A DNA stretch of 64,000 nt. It comes from Eledone cirrhosa (Eukaryota). The translations under genes and the position numbers were made by a program. Positions 1-14,127 of this stretch are shown piece by piece. Numbering within the stretch: position 1 is the first letter of the stretch; each line of letters begins with the position of its first letter. The stretch lies in contig OZ024740.1 of assembly GCA_964016885.1 (NCBI GenBank), forward strand, positions 398,970,001-399,034,000. The letters are read 5' to 3'. Below the pieces are notes generated by a model that saw only the letters and a list, made by a program, of their open reading frames with translations, searched no databases and was not told the origin of the DNA.

Positions 1-22
1 TGTAGTAGTTGTTTAGCATTTG

Positions 23-364
23 TTATGTCAATTGGCGTGTATAGTTCGTTTTTTTTACAGTCTGTGCCAACGTTGTTTTGGTGTTGTCTTTTTTGTTGCT
101 GATGTTGTTGTCACTGTTGTTGATATTGTTCATGTTTTCCTTGGTGTTGTTATTGTTGCAGTTGTCGGTTGTGGTGTTATTGTCATTGTTCTTGTTGGTG
201 CTGGTATTATTTACCGGGTTTGGTTTCGTGGTTTCAATATTTTCAACGTTTTTCGATAATGCGAGGGGGGAAGGCTGCAAGCTTTGTACTCCTACCTTCC
301 CTCCACCACTTTTCTTAGTGAACGTGGCACTCACGACAGTGTGCGAAATTGAAATGGCATCCAT
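23..364 (-). pseudogene. Asn/Thr-rich low-complexity ORF, possibly the N-terminus of a retroelement ORF1 with a premature stop
   Basis: ATG at 364; MDAISISH...NNNNT-rich; similar codon-like sequence continues past the TAA at 23-25 to the window edge; no recognisable domain. Confidence 0.25.
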
Positions 365-559
365 TGCTGACTACCAAGTCTACACAATTTTGAGATGAAA
401 ATGAAAATTTCGCCCCAGAAAGGGGCAAAAATTAGTTGACTCAACGTCTGAAGACCCAGGCAAGGGGTTAAACTAAACAATGCTATTAAATTGAGCAATG
501 AACTCACAGTTTTTTTTTACAATAATCCGTAAAAGTCCGGAGCGAAGTAATTCACGTCT

Positions 560-2560
560 ATATCAAGTGGTAATTGATATAGAGAGGAGAGTTTGATGTT
601 AATTGATATAGAAAGGGGTAGTGGAAGAGAGTTCCGTGTAGATACAGAGAGGGGGAGAATTTGGAGGTAATGAATAGAATGAGAGGATTGATAGAGATAT
701 GTATTGATAGATATAGAGAGGGGGAGAGTTTGGTAGTGATGGTTAGAGTGAGAGGGAATGAGATAGAGTGAGAGTTGTATGGTAGACATAGAGAGTGGGG
801 ATAGTTTGGTGGTAATTGATATATAGAGGGGGATTAGGAGAGAGAGAGAGAGAGACTACCGTAAAAGATATATAGGGGGGAGTTTGGAATGTATAGAGAG
901 AGAACGATTACGAGAGAGTGTAGTAGAGATGGCGAGGGGGAGAGTTTTGAGATCTTCTTCTGTTCGTATCTTCGAAGCATGTGGTTATAGGACAGTTTCC
1001 CATTTCTTTACACAGTCCTTTGCATTATTATTAAATTCTGCGAGATCTTTTAAGCTGCACTGGTTGGGTAGTAGAGGGCAAACAAGGCAGTGCTGCATCC
1101 TATGGTCCTCCTCTCCGCATTCGCAGATGGTTGGGCCGGTCTTGTAGCCCCATCTGGCCATAGCAGCTTTTGATCGCCCCATTCCTGTTCTCAGGTGGTT
1201 GAGTGTCTTCCACTGGACCCATGGTGCTTCTGAGCCAGGAGGGAGGGCTTCAGAAGGAGGGGATTCCCATGTCAATAGGAGGGGAGTCATTCTCTAGCTT
1301 TCTAGTCCATAGCTCTAGTCTGGTTTCTTCCTGAGATGTTGTTAGGGGCTGGACATGGTTGAGGAAGCTTCTCCTTGACTTCAGTCGTTGGGCCGGAGGT
1401 TCACCTCCATGAAGGAGGTGGCGTTCATCACTGATAGCCTTTGTGATCTCTACTCAGCTGGCAGCTTCCCGTCTCATATCTGCAGGGGCAATGCCACCGA
1501 GGAGATGCAGGTTGTTCGGGTTGGTAGGCTTCAGGCAACCAGTGATCAAACGGCAGGTGATGTTCAACGCTGGGTTTAGTTTACTGGCATGGGTTGATCT
1601 TTCCCAAACAGGACACGCGTACTCCGCAGAGGAATAGCACAGGGCCAAGGCAGTACATCTTAGTGTGTGTGCTGTGGCTCCCCATTTGGAGTTAGTCAGT
1701 TTCCGTAGGATGTTGTTCCGGGAGCTGACTTTCAATTTGGTGTTTTTGATGTGTTCCTTGAATGAGAGGGCGCGGTCCAGGGTTACGCCAAGGTAGACAG
1801 GATTGGTGCAGTTCTCAAGTGGTGGTCCTGACCATGTGATGTTAAGAGGTCGATTGGCTTCCTGGTTCCTGAGATGGAACGAGCAGGCTTGAGTCTTCGC
1901 AGGGTTTGCGTGCAGGTGGTTGCTCTCGTAGTAGAAGAGTAGCTCATCCAGGGCTGAGTTGAGGTTGCTTCTACTGCTTCGAACGTACTCTCTTGTGATG
2001 TAACACAGAGGTCGTCAACGTAGAAGAACTGCTCAGTGTTTGGGCCATTGGCTGGTCATTAGTGTAGATGTTATATAGTAGTGGAGCCATCACACTACAT
2101 TGAGGTAAGCCGTTCCTTTGTCGTCGCCAACGACTTTGCTTGTTGTTCAGGGTAACATAGAAGCGCCTGTCTTTCAAGAGGGTTCCAATGAGGTCTGTGA
2201 GTGCCCAGGTCTTTTGTCAGCTCCAAGATCTTTTTCACAGTGTCGTATGCGGCCGACAGATCAACAAAGACGGCTCCTGTTACCAGTCCTTTCTGAAACC
2301 CATCTTCAATGTGCTGAGTGAGATTCAGGAGTTGGCTTGTTGTGGATTTGCCAGGTCGGAATCCAGCTTGTTGGAGGATGATGGCTGGTTCAACAACTGG
2401 GGCCAACCTGCTGAGGATCAGGCGCTCAAACAGTTTGGAGATGATTAATATTAAGAGAGGGATTGGGAGAGTGTTTTGTATGTTAGATATAGAGAGGGGG
2501 AGAATTTGGTGGTTGCAGAGAGGGAGAAAAGATAATGGGAGAGTGTCGTGCAGTGGGCAT
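560..2560. repeat. Degenerate purine-rich ~30-40 bp tandem repeat (GATATAGAGAGGGGGAGAGTTTGGT...) split by a LINE insertion
   Basis: Units at about 560-950 resume at about 2445-2560 on the other side of the 954-2442 element. Confidence 0.6.
954..2442 (-). mobile_element. 5'-truncated, frameshifted non-LTR retrotransposon of the I group (Vingi/Ingi-like); RT plus C-terminal Cys/His motif
   Basis: Fragments QAGFRPGKST...FVDLSAAYDTV, NGLPQCSVMAPLLYNIY, WGATAHTLR...YACPVW, LRTGMGRSK...CECGEEDHRMQHCLVC; GAAGAAG tail at 954-960; similar flanks gttttgagat / gtttggagat. Confidence 0.8.
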
Positions 2561-2915
2561 AGAGAGGGTCCCAAATAATAGGATGGGTGGGAATAACGGG
2601 TGGGGTGGGGCTTGAGAAATCGGTAAATGTATAGTTTACGTTCGAAATATGGAATTTCTTGCAATGTTCTTTTTTTGTCGTATATAATGTTTTTTTTAAT
2701 GTAAAATAAAATAATTAGTCCTGAGAGTACGGACGTAAGAATGAAAACTCAATACCGAAGTAAACATGACTGGTGATCCTGTGAGTGCGCAGGTGAAACT
2801 TTAGAGTAACACATCTCACCAATCTAAACTATAATAAAGGAAGGTCTGCGGGATTGCGTACGGTTTATTTTTTTATTTATCCCGTTTGTAAAATAAGTTG
2901 GATTACTTTGAATAA

Positions 2916-2985
2916 ATAATTGTTTCTACTTTAGGCACAAGGCCAGCAATTACCCAGTGCATTACTGGTACTTTATTTTATCGAT
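2916..2985 (-). mobile_element. SINE 3' fragment (same family as 30384-30575)
   Basis: Reverse complement of tcgataaaataaagtaccagt...gctggccttgtgcctaaagtagaaacaatta. Confidence 0.75.
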
Positions 2986-3397
2986 GAATAAATAATGAAT
3001 GAATATTACATAATTTATCTACTAAATTTCGTGGCTGTTGATTAAATATATTTTGGTTATTTAAAGATTCACTTCTTTAACATTTCTGAAATGTCAACAC
3101 TTCCGGTTGGCCATCGCTTAAATAAACATACTAATTTTCTGTCTCTAATTTTCTCTCTCCTAATGCAGTTTATAATATCGTCTTTTTTAATGTATCATGG
3201 ATTACGTTACTGATTACATAAGACAGTTTAACGCAGTCTTCGTTCAATTTCTATGTATTTGTCAATTACGATTTTATTTGATGTATCATATCCAAATGTA
3301 TATATACCTGCGTATAATATCAATATACACACTACACATGCTAGTAGAAAACTACCCGAAGGGTGGTTTTTCTGCTAGTAGCCATAATAAATCAATA

Positions 3398-3560
<163 letters not shown>

Positions 3561-3755
3561 AGGAGATGAATAAATTGGGTGTAATACCAGTTTATTACCA
3601 AATGCGGAGCTCGATATATCAACCCCTTAGGAAAGGGTACGGGGCATTATTGCTTTTTTACATTATATATATATATATATATATCGTATATAAACTTCCC
3701 TCCTTACAACCCTCCTTACTCCTTCTCGGAGTTCCTGTTCTCCCCGTATCTTAAC

Positions 3756-3791
3756 TTTCCTGATAAAGGACTTAAGTCCGAAACGTTGAAA
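3756..3791 (+). ncRNA. Degenerate minimal hammerhead ribozyme (Penelope pLTR type)
   Basis: TTTC-CTGATAA-A-GGAC-ttaa-GTCC-GAAA-CG-TT-GAAA; G8 to A without compensation; lies between (TA)n tracts. Confidence 0.45.
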
Positions 3792-3859
3792 CCTCCTCCA
3801 CTTCCACCAAGCCTGAACCTAATATAACTGTGCAATTGCCTTCTGTTCGTTCATTTCAA

Positions 3860-4030
<171 letters not shown>

Positions 4031-4072
4031 ATAAAGAAGAAATTAAAAGATGGTTAAAAGAGTTCCATATAC

Positions 4073-4136
4073 TTTATTATGCGCATTTCGAATACAAAAT
4101 CATCCTGGGACAAAAATTGTGTTCTCATCAGATAAA
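4073..4136 (-). ncRNA. Type-I hammerhead ribozyme (mirror copy)
   Basis: Reverse complement of 4272-4335. Confidence 0.8.
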
Positions 4137-4271
4137 ATAAGGTAACATGATATGAGGCATAATAGCACTTCTTTACAGGAAAGTGCTAAGTCTACATATA
4201 TAGATATGATATGTAGACTTAGCACTTTCCTGTAAACAAGTGCTATTATGCCTCATATCATGTTACCTTAT

Positions 4272-4335
4272 TTTATCTGATGAGAACACAATTTTTGTCC
4301 CAGGCTGATTTTGTATTCGAAATGCGCATAATAAA
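4272..4335 (+). ncRNA. Type-I minimal hammerhead ribozyme; predicted cleavage after AUA at 4330
   Basis: Stem I TTTAT/ATAAA; core CTGATGA; stem II GAACACAA/TTGTATTC; GAAA; palindromic stem III ATGCGCAT; AATAAA overlaps the 3' strand of stem I. Confidence 0.85.
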
Positions 4336-4374
4336 GTATATGGAACTCTTTTAACCATCTTTTAATTTCTTCTT

Positions 4375-4423
<49 letters not shown>

Positions 4424-4428
<5 letters not shown>

Positions 4429-4651
4429 GTGGTGGAATTGGGGAGGGCTGAATGGCCCTGCTGCCCACCCAATATTTATATTTTTCTCCCCAAACTACCA
4501 AAACACACATCTATTTGGATATGCGCTACAATTTATGTACATCTTAAGTTTATCGCATATCGAAGTTTTCAGAGCATTTTAGAGCACAAAGAGCTACAAC
4601 TAAATTGCCCCCCCCCCTCCCGTCACTAATTCAGAAATGCTTCCACCATCC

Positions 4652-4654
<3 letters not shown>
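4424..4654. mobile_element. MITE with ~14-bp TIRs in a TA context
   Basis: taggggtggtggaa ... ttccaccatccctg flanked by TA repeats. Confidence 0.65.
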
Positions 4655-4690
<36 letters not shown>

Positions 4691-4830
4691 TATATATATA
4701 TATATACACACACATATATATATATACATATATACACACATACATATATATATATATATGTATATATATAAACGGAAAAAATGAAACGAAATTTCATTTT
4801 TCACTCTTAGTACGGCTGTTACTTAAATAT

Positions 4831-5270
4831 AAGTATGTATACGTACATACGTGTATGTATACAGACGTACAGTAGTATGTATATATATATACATACATGC
4901 ACACATATATATATGTACGTATGGATTCACCGAACATTTATTATAATGCTCGGTGTGTTTGTAAACAAACATCCCGAATTAAGCCGTACAGTGTCTAGCA
5001 ACCATCGTTGCTCATTTGTTTAACACTGACAAAGGAACGCTGTACTAGTTTCAAGCTTATTAGATATCGTCAGCAACGTATACCTTCCTGCCAGATGATT
5101 GAACGTCTGAAAGTATATACTTTCCCTATGCATATTAACGGCTGAGCAGCCTAATTTATGTTCGGTGAATCCATACGTACATATATATATATGTGTGCAT
5201 GTATGTATATATATATATATATACATACTACTGTACGTCTGTATACATATATGTATGTACGTATACATAC

Positions 5271-5272
<2 letters not shown>
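4831..5272. mobile_element. Element with ~110-bp inverted arms and a central hammerhead
   Basis: aagtatgtatacgtac...ggattcaccgaacat mirrored by atgttcggtgaatcc...gtacgtatacatactt. Confidence 0.7.
5037..5079 (-). ncRNA. Minimal hammerhead ribozyme with degenerate stem II; GUA site
   Basis: Minus strand ACGTTG-CTGACGA-tatctaataagctt-GAAA-CTAG-TA-CAGCGT; palindromic ACTAGT. Confidence 0.65.
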
Positions 5273-5309
<37 letters not shown>

Positions 5310-5316
5310 TATTTAT

Positions 5317-5383
<67 letters not shown>

Positions 5384-5388
5384 AACAC

Positions 5389-5436
<48 letters not shown>

Positions 5437-5486
5437 CACTCAACAGTTAACTAATAAATGGAAACTATATTTATAAAACCATAATT

Positions 5487-5549
5487 ATTTTATTATATAT
5501 TTTTCAAGGGCGACCAAGGCAGTTTTGGTGCGCTTTCATCAGATAAAAT
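5487..5549 (-). ncRNA. Minimal hammerhead ribozyme; AUA site
   Basis: Minus strand ATTTTAT-CTGATGA-AAG...CTT-GAAA-AATATA-TA-ATAAAAT; 7-bp stem I; flanks related to the 44244 and 59557 elements. Confidence 0.75.
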
Positions 5550-5966
5550 ACAAAATTTGTTTTATAAATGTTGACATACCCGTAGAAAAACAAACTTGAC
5601 GGTTGAAGGTTCGCTGGGCTATCACTGAAATATATATAGCCGCGAATAGGAATAAACGAAGCTAATTTTACCCTGTTGACTTATACATCGCGTATCATTC
5701 CATATTTCTCTCCCTCCTCCTCCTGCTACTACTCCTAGTGGCCAAAGCCAAACATTCCATTCTACCTCGCCAGTGACCCATCCCTACCACTCTTACTTCC
5801 TCCATATCCCCACCACCATAGCTCCACTAACAACTCAAGTACCATTGCTACTACTACTACTATCTCAGCCAGTGTACAAAATCAACCACTGCTCCTTTCC
5901 CCCTCTCCATTCAAGTCAAACAATTCTAAATCTCAAGCTATTCACAATCCACCGCCCACATAAACG

Positions 5967-7323
5967 ATGACGGGTAACGGAAATCCACTGACTGCCAGCT
6001 CAGAGAGCAACACTTGCCTGGCCACAGACATCATATTGAAAATCATCTCATCAACACAAAATCAAGATATAAAAAGTGTCTTGTCGAAATATGATATCAA
6101 ACAGGAAAGTGGAGCAATATACAAAAATATTTTCACAAACTGTAAGTTTACGATGTTAAAGAAAGCAGCAGCTTTCTTGAATGATGGTGTTCAAGTTGAG
6201 CTCACAAAATCAAACCTCACCAACTGGATTATAACAAGGATTGAAAACTTCCTCCCGGAGACTTGTAAAATGTGTGACAAACAGTACTGCATTACATTTG
6301 GCCAAAAATGCTTTGGCATGCTTCATCTGTGGACAAGGAATACACGAAGCGTGCTACTTAAAAAAGATAAATAACCACACCATTCCAGATATTCTAGGCC
6401 TACACTGGCTATGCGGTTATTGTTCACCAAGGGCCACAATAACGAATGACCCTAGGACCCTACCACAGACAGGCCGTTCTAAACAGGCATTGATTGGCGA
6501 AACTGACATGGCAAATAAATCCTGCCACACACAGGCCATCCAAGTGCCTCTTGTAAATGACAAGAATGAAGACAATGACATGCAAACACCTACAAAACAA
6601 GAAACAGGAGATCCTGCAGAAAAAGACCAAACTTCCCACGAAAAGAAACAGATTCAGAGCCAACGCTCAAATGAAGAAAGGCCAGTATGTATCCATTACA
6701 GGAGCAACAAGTGCAAACATGGTCTTTCAGGTAAAGGGTGCACGTACAGTCACCCCAAACCATGCAAACCATATATCAACTTCGGTACTGATCGAAAAAA
6801 AGGATGCCAAAATGGCCGAGAATGTGAACTGCTTCACCCAAAGATGTTCCGCAATTCGCTGAGAAAAAAAGAATGTTTTGACGAGAATTGCAAATTTATG
6901 CACCGGAAGGGTACAATTCGCATAAAAACTACTGAACCCACACCACCAGGACCAAGCTCAGCAGGGTATGAAAACCATTTCCCAAAAATGCAGAAACCAG
7001 GTCATGGCTCAACAGTGAATGAAAATCATGCTACTCAATTGCACACATCAGCTGTAACAAACCCAAACTCGCAGAAATTCGATACAGTAATGAATGAAAG
7101 CAGTTTTTTAGGCATAATCTACCAACTACAACAACAGTTGTACTCCATACAGATGACTCAGAAAAACCAGGCAACATTGATACAAAGGCTGACACCTGGA
7201 CTTACAGGGCACATACAACAAATACAGACAGCCCAGCAGACCGAATATCCAGTCAGCACAGTCCCAGCAACTACAACAGTCTTGCCAACAATAGGGCAGA
7301 TGTATCTGGTACAACAAGCATAA
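5967..7323 (+). pseudogene. LINE ORF1p with PHD finger and three CCCH zinc fingers; frameshift near 6300
   Basis: CKMC...CFIC...HEAC...WLCGYC; CIHYRSNKCKHGLSGKGCTYSH, CKPY...CQNGRECELLH, ...CFDENCKFMH. Confidence 0.8.
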
Positions 7324-10296
7324 TAACAGCAAATATCCAGGGTCTTTATCCGAAAACAAAACAGTGTAAAGTCCCTTTCTTGGAAGAATTAGCAACAGAA
7401 AACAACTCCAAAATAATTGGAATTACTGAAAGTCATCTCAACGAAAACATCCGCAACAGCGAAATCTCAATCAATGGATTCAACATCTTCAGATGTGATA
7501 GACAAGGCAGATCCCATGGGGGCGTTATCATGTATATCCATGATACCTATGCATGCATAGAACTTGTCAATGAATCAAATGCCTACTGCAACCTGCTGTG
7601 CATAAAAATCATCTAACTTAATACAGTTGTAACAATAATGTATAGACCGCCAAACAGCCCAACATTATCCTTCACTGAACCACTGACAAAGCTCCAACAA
7701 ATTCTGGGAAACATGGCGAGTCCAATGCCAGACATTATCCTCCTTGGTGACTTCAACTTCCCTAACATCATCTGGTACTAAAACTGGGGACAAAAGCTGA
7801 ACAAATACAGGCAGCCAAACTGTTGGAAGTCACAGAGAAATTATACCTCAAACAAATGATGACAGAAGCAACTAGAAATAATAATACGATCGACTTGGTT
7901 TTCACCAACAACGAGGACACGCTATTTGACCTTCACTCAACCCCAACAATCCTTTCAGACCACAATATTATTGAAATGCATTTACACATTGGTAATGAGC
8001 CCAATGCCACAACTCTTAAACAAAAGGACATGCCAAAGCTATGCAGGTATGATTATCACCAGGCAAATTGGGAAACTATTAACAACCAGTTACAAATCAT
8101 TGACTGGGATCTCTACCTTACTGGGCCAGATAAACACAAGAAATTCTTAAACAAGATCGAAGAAATATGTGCAAAAAATATTCCTCTTAAGAAAACCAAA
8201 TCCACAAAAAAACCTGTACCACGGGAGCGAAAGATCCTGATACGCAAAAGGTCAAGACTAAGAAACAAAACATCTAAGCTGACATCAAAACATGAACTAC
8301 AGAAAGTCCTTGACCAAATATACAGATTAGAAGACAATCTAAAACAACACTATGATGAAGAACGTAACAATGCAGAAAAGAGAGCCATAGAAAACATCAA
8401 GAAAAATCCAAAATGTTTCTACAGTTTTGCAAAGAAATACTCGAATACCAAGTCAACAATAGGACCTCTCCAGAGACAAAATGGGGATGTAGTGAATAAC
8501 CCTATTGAAATGGCAGAAATGTTGGGTCAACAGTATGAAAGTGTCTTCAGTGAGCCATCTAAAACCATGAAGATCCATGACCCAGGAGAATTCTTCAAGG
8601 ATATCGACCATACTAAACCTACCCTATCCGACATTGATTTCAACCTAGAAGACATAGAAAGAGCCATAGACAAGCTCTCCATGCACTCGGTTGCGGGGCC
8701 TGATGGTTTCAATAACATGATACTTAAAAACTGCAAGGTACAACTGTTGAAACCCCTTTACATGATATGGAAGGAATCTATGGAAAATGGCAAAATACCA
8801 AATACATATAAAGAAGCACACATAACTCCAATAGATAAAGGGGACAGCAAATCAAAACCAAAGAACTACCGACCAATCTCACTGACATCCCACATTATCA
8901 AGGTCTTCGAAAGAATAGTTCGTGGAAAACTGGTTGAGTTCCTGGAATCCAACAATCTGATGAATTGCAATCAGCATGGATTCAGGTTAGGTAGATCATG
9001 TCTTTCCCAACTACTGGCACACCATGACCAAATCCTAGAAAATCTAGAGAATGGATACAACACAGATGTTATTTACCTCGACTTTGCCAAGGCATTTGAC
9101 AAGGTAGATCATGGCATCCTGGGACACAAACTTCGAAAGCTAGGAGTAGGAGAAAAAGTTGGTACATGGATACATGAGTTCCTTACAAATAGAACTCAAA
9201 CAGTCACTGTGAATGGAACCCATTCAACACCATCACCTGTGACCAGCAGTGTTCCTCAGGGTACAGTACTCGGCCCGATCCTGTTTCTCATCCTCATCTC
9301 TGACATAGATGAAGATACAACCAGCAACGTCTCATCCTTTGCTGATGACACCAGGGTCATGAGACAAATCAAAGACGAGGTGGATACAGAGGCCTTACAA
9401 AAGGACCTAACCACCATATACAAATGGCAGGAAACAAACAACATGTTGTTCAATGATAAGAAGTTTGAACTAATTCGCTACGGAACAGATCAAGATCTGA
9501 AAAATACAACAAACTACAGAAACCCATCAGGACAACAAATAATGGAAAAACAGTGTGTGAAAGATTTAGGCATCCACATGGGAACCAGCCTAAAATTCAG
9601 AGAACACCTTGACTCAGTCTGTCTTACTGCAAGAAAGTACAGCGGGTGGATCTTGCGCACCTTCAAATCAAGAGATACCTCAACAATGAAAACCCTCTGG
9701 AACAGTATGGTACTTCCGAGGATTGACTACTGTTCTCAGTTGTGGTCACCAAAAACAAAGGGCCAACTATCTAAGATAGAATCGCTCCAAAGAAATTTTA
9801 CCTCATACTTCTCAGAAACGAGGGACCTGGACTATTGGCAAAGACTCAAAACCTTGAAGATGTACTCAATAGAAAGAAGATTGAGCGATACCGAATTATA
9901 TACATTTGAAAAATGATAGAGCAAAAGGTGCCAAACTTTGGTATCAAAACCTACCACTCACTGCGCCACAGAAGATGCTGCCAGCTACCACCAATCAACA
10001 AAAGGGCTGGCCAGGTAGCAAAAACCCTGCGAGAGTCAAGTCTGTTGGTTCGAGGGGCACAACTATTCAACTCCATTCCGGTACATGTCAGAAATCTATC
10101 AGGATGCAGTGTGGAATCATTCAAATTGCAGCTGGATAGATACTTAAGCACCATTAGAGATGAACCCCATCTCCCAGGATATACACAACGAGCACAAACT
10201 GACTCAAACTCGCTCCTACACATGTCAAAATTAAACAGAGAATCAAACCTGGCAACCACACCAGACTCTGAGGGTGGAGTCTTCGACTTGGCCTGA
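7316..10296 (+). pseudogene. LINE ORF2p (AP endonuclease + reverse transcriptase); stop at 7614 and frameshifts near 7775 and 9885
   Basis: ORF-track pieces 7380-7616, 7823-9916 and 9913-10296 carry consecutive APE, RT and C-terminal motifs. Confidence 0.9.
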
Positions 10297-10467
10297 GCAT
10301 GGACTCAAACTCAAATGAAATGAAATGAAATGAAATAAGTATGTGCACTATCATATAGTTATGAAAGTAAGAAAAGATTGTGAATACATTTTCAAAATCG
10401 GTTAGTTGGACTTTTTAATATGGATTTATTTGTCTATTGACAATTTTTCTAACGAGCACAAACACAC

Positions 10468-10555
<88 letters not shown>

Positions 10556-10557
10556 TA

Positions 10558-11207
<650 letters not shown>

Positions 11208-11456
11208 TAAACGGAATAGAAAATGCTGACAAATTGTTCACAGTTGAAAAATGGTTTAATTAGGAATAAAAGAGTATTAATGATTGTATGGGTTAGTATT
11301 CAGTTGTGGTTTTAAGTTTTTAAGTTTTTAAGTTTTTAAGTTTTTACCGGTTGCGCATTTCTAAATGCTTTTCAAAAATAATTTTGAGATAGAGTGTCCG
11401 TGTTGTTTGCTCTGATCTGATTAGTTTTGGGAATTCTACCTGTTTTTATGTTAAAA

Positions 11457-12344
11457 ATATACTACAAGCCCACAGACTCCAAACAATATCTCCCCTTCAA
11501 CTCTTGCCACCCTAGACACGTTAAAATTAATATTCCCTACAACTTAGCCAAGAGAATCTGTACTATAGTCTCCAATAAAAACATCTGCTACTTACGGCTA
11601 CAAGAACTAAAGGACACACTCATAGGCAGGGACTACCCTGCATCACTAATTGACAATGGAATCCAACGTGCCCTAAAACTCAGTACCCAGGACCTTAGAC
11701 ACCCTAAAGTAAATCAACCGAAACTAAAAGCTCTTCCATACATCTCCACACACAACCCTCTCAACAATGAGGCCTTTGACACCATCCTCCAGAACATCCC
11801 TGTGTTGAAAAATGACCATAGAATGAACCAAATTCTACGAACACACGATATCATAAAGAGCAAAAGACAATCCAAGTCAATGAAAAACATCCTAACACAT
11901 GCCAAAGTACTGCCAACTACAACAACGAAACCCACAGTAAAAAAATGCGATAGACCCAACTGTGGCATTTGAATCAACCTAATATAGGGTTCGGAATTCT
12001 ATTTCAAAGATGGACAACGTTTTATAGTAAAACACAATTTCACATGTGCATCGGAAAATCTAATATATGTATTAACTTGCTCAGGTTGTCGAGAACAATA
12101 CATAGGCCAGACCAAAAACAGCCTCCGCCAACGCATGACTGTCCATAGATCCCAAATTAAAATACGGGAATACAGGAAAATACCACTGAGTGAACACATT
12201 GATACCTGTGCCACCCAAAATCATCCCAACTTCAGAATCTTTCCCCTCTACAAATTTAAAGATAATGCCACCCACACCCAGCGCATCAGCAAGGAATCTT
12301 ACTTCATTAACAAATACGGACCCCGTCTAAACACTTCTCCCTAA
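11457..12344 (+). pseudogene. Penelope RT C-terminus + GIY-YIG endonuclease with in-frame stops
   Basis: ORFs 11427-11972 and 12135-12344 are in the same frame, with stops near 11970 and 11985. Confidence 0.85.
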
Positions 12345-12510
12345 GACGAACCCACAACATACACACGTTAACATACATACCTACATCAGCACACATCTCC
12401 ACCCACATATAAACACAATGACATACGTAAACACACATGCTCTATGGTGCAACACAAAAAAATATATGTGTATATATATATATGTATGTGTGTATATATA
12501 TATATATGTG

Positions 12511-12604
<94 letters not shown>

Positions 12605-12744
12605 ATATATGTATGTGTATATATATGTAGTGAATATCATTTCACACCTTTTATTAAGATTTTTGATGTTCTATTAAGAGAACCGATTTTACTGAAAAAA
12701 TCGAATAATGTACACCATTTTACCAGGGGGAAAAAAATACTGGT

Positions 12745-12789
<45 letters not shown>

Positions 12790-12958
12790 CACACACACAT
12801 ACATTAACATACAAAGAGACTTATACACACACACACACACACACGCACTTCTCTGTATAAGACAAAAGCTGAAAAATATCTTTTGACATGCTAAAATACC
12901 CCCCATTGCTTTCAGACACATTCTTACTGACCATCCCTGCTACCACGAATTACTCTAC

Positions 12959-13001
<43 letters not shown>

Positions 13002-13141
13002 ACACACACACTTATCTTAATAGCCATTTGACACACATCCCTGCTAACCATTATCACAACATCGAACACCTTACTACTACTACTACTACTACACACACAC
13101 ACACACACACACATATTTGTTGTGAAAGAGTCATTTCTCAA

Positions 13142-13387
13142 TCTTGGCGCAAAACCAATTTTTTATTCACATGACCTCTACCGACCAATCAAAATTGTTT
13201 TGACCACAAGAATTTTTGCAAACACCAAATAGCGCTGGAGCCACTTTTTTAACATAAAAACAGTCTTGGCGCAAAATCAATTTTTTACATTCACATGACC
13301 TCTACCGACCAATCAAAATTGTTTTGACCACAAGAATTTTTGCAACACCAAAGTAACGCTGGAGCCACTTTTTTAACATAAAAACAG
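13142..13387 (+). repeat. Two ~122-bp tandem copies in the Penelope 3' region
   Basis: tcttggcgcaaaa...aacataaaaacag repeated. Confidence 0.85.
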
Positions 13388-13642
13388 GTAGAATTCCCAA
13401 AACTAATCAGATCAGAGCAAACAACACGGACACTCTATCTCAAAATTATTTTTGAAACGCATTTAGAAATGCGCAACCTGTAAAAACTTAAAAACTTAAA
13501 ACCACAACTGAATACTAACCCATACAATCACTAATACTCTTTTATTCCTAATTAAACCATTTTTCAACTGTGAACAATTTGTCAGCATTTTCTATTCCGT
13601 TTACCAATATATAATAACTTGTGTGTTACACCTCTATTCTTT

Positions 13643-13694
<52 letters not shown>

Positions 13695-13874
13695 ATATGT
13701 TGAAAAGGTAACACACCAGAGAGAGATATAATGTGCGCTATCAATAAAACAGGGAAAAACCACCAGTGTATGGAATCTATAACCTATGAAAGGCAGACTA
13801 TAGACACGATAATTAAAAATATAAATTAAAGCGTAAATAAATACCTCTATAACTATATAACACACGTACAAATC

Positions 13875-13938
13875 CAAAGAGATGTTTCGCCAGTAATTTG
13901 TTGACAGAAATAGAATAACCTCGGTTCATCAGCGTTTG
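13875..13938 (-). ncRNA. Degenerate hammerhead in a pLTR remnant
   Basis: Minus strand CAAACG-CTGATGA-ACCG...TGGC-GAAA-CATC-TC-TTTG; stems I and III damaged. Confidence 0.45.
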
Positions 13939-14127
13939 TAAGGCTGTTTTAGTTTGTTGGAAGTAAGTATTAATTTTTCTTTTATTGCTACTAGCTATGT
14001 GGTATGCTATGTTAGGCGTGGTAGAGTAGGAGATTTTAATTGTGTTTTTGTTTATAAGACTATGGTACTTGTGGCCAGATGGGAAGTTTTCATCAAGGAG
14101 TGAGAAGAAAGCCTTAGGTAGGTGGTT

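Larger units (their letters stand above)
5640..10335 (+). mobile_element. Near full-length CR1-group LINE (ORF1 + APE-RT ORF2), inactivated; 5' boundary approximate
   Basis: ORF1 with PHD and CCCH fingers; ORF2 with GITESHL, LGDFN, SDH, QHGFR, YLDFAKAFDKVDH, PQGTVLGP, FADD, DYCSQLWSP; (AAATG)n tail at 10313-10335. Confidence 0.9.

Noticed and set aside
444-476. CTGAAGA followed by a CCC/GGG hairpin
   Set aside because: No GAAA after the hairpin and no stem I or III.
11221-11262. CTGACAA...GAAA in the Neptune-like pLTR
   Set aside because: Register is wrong and stem I cannot form.
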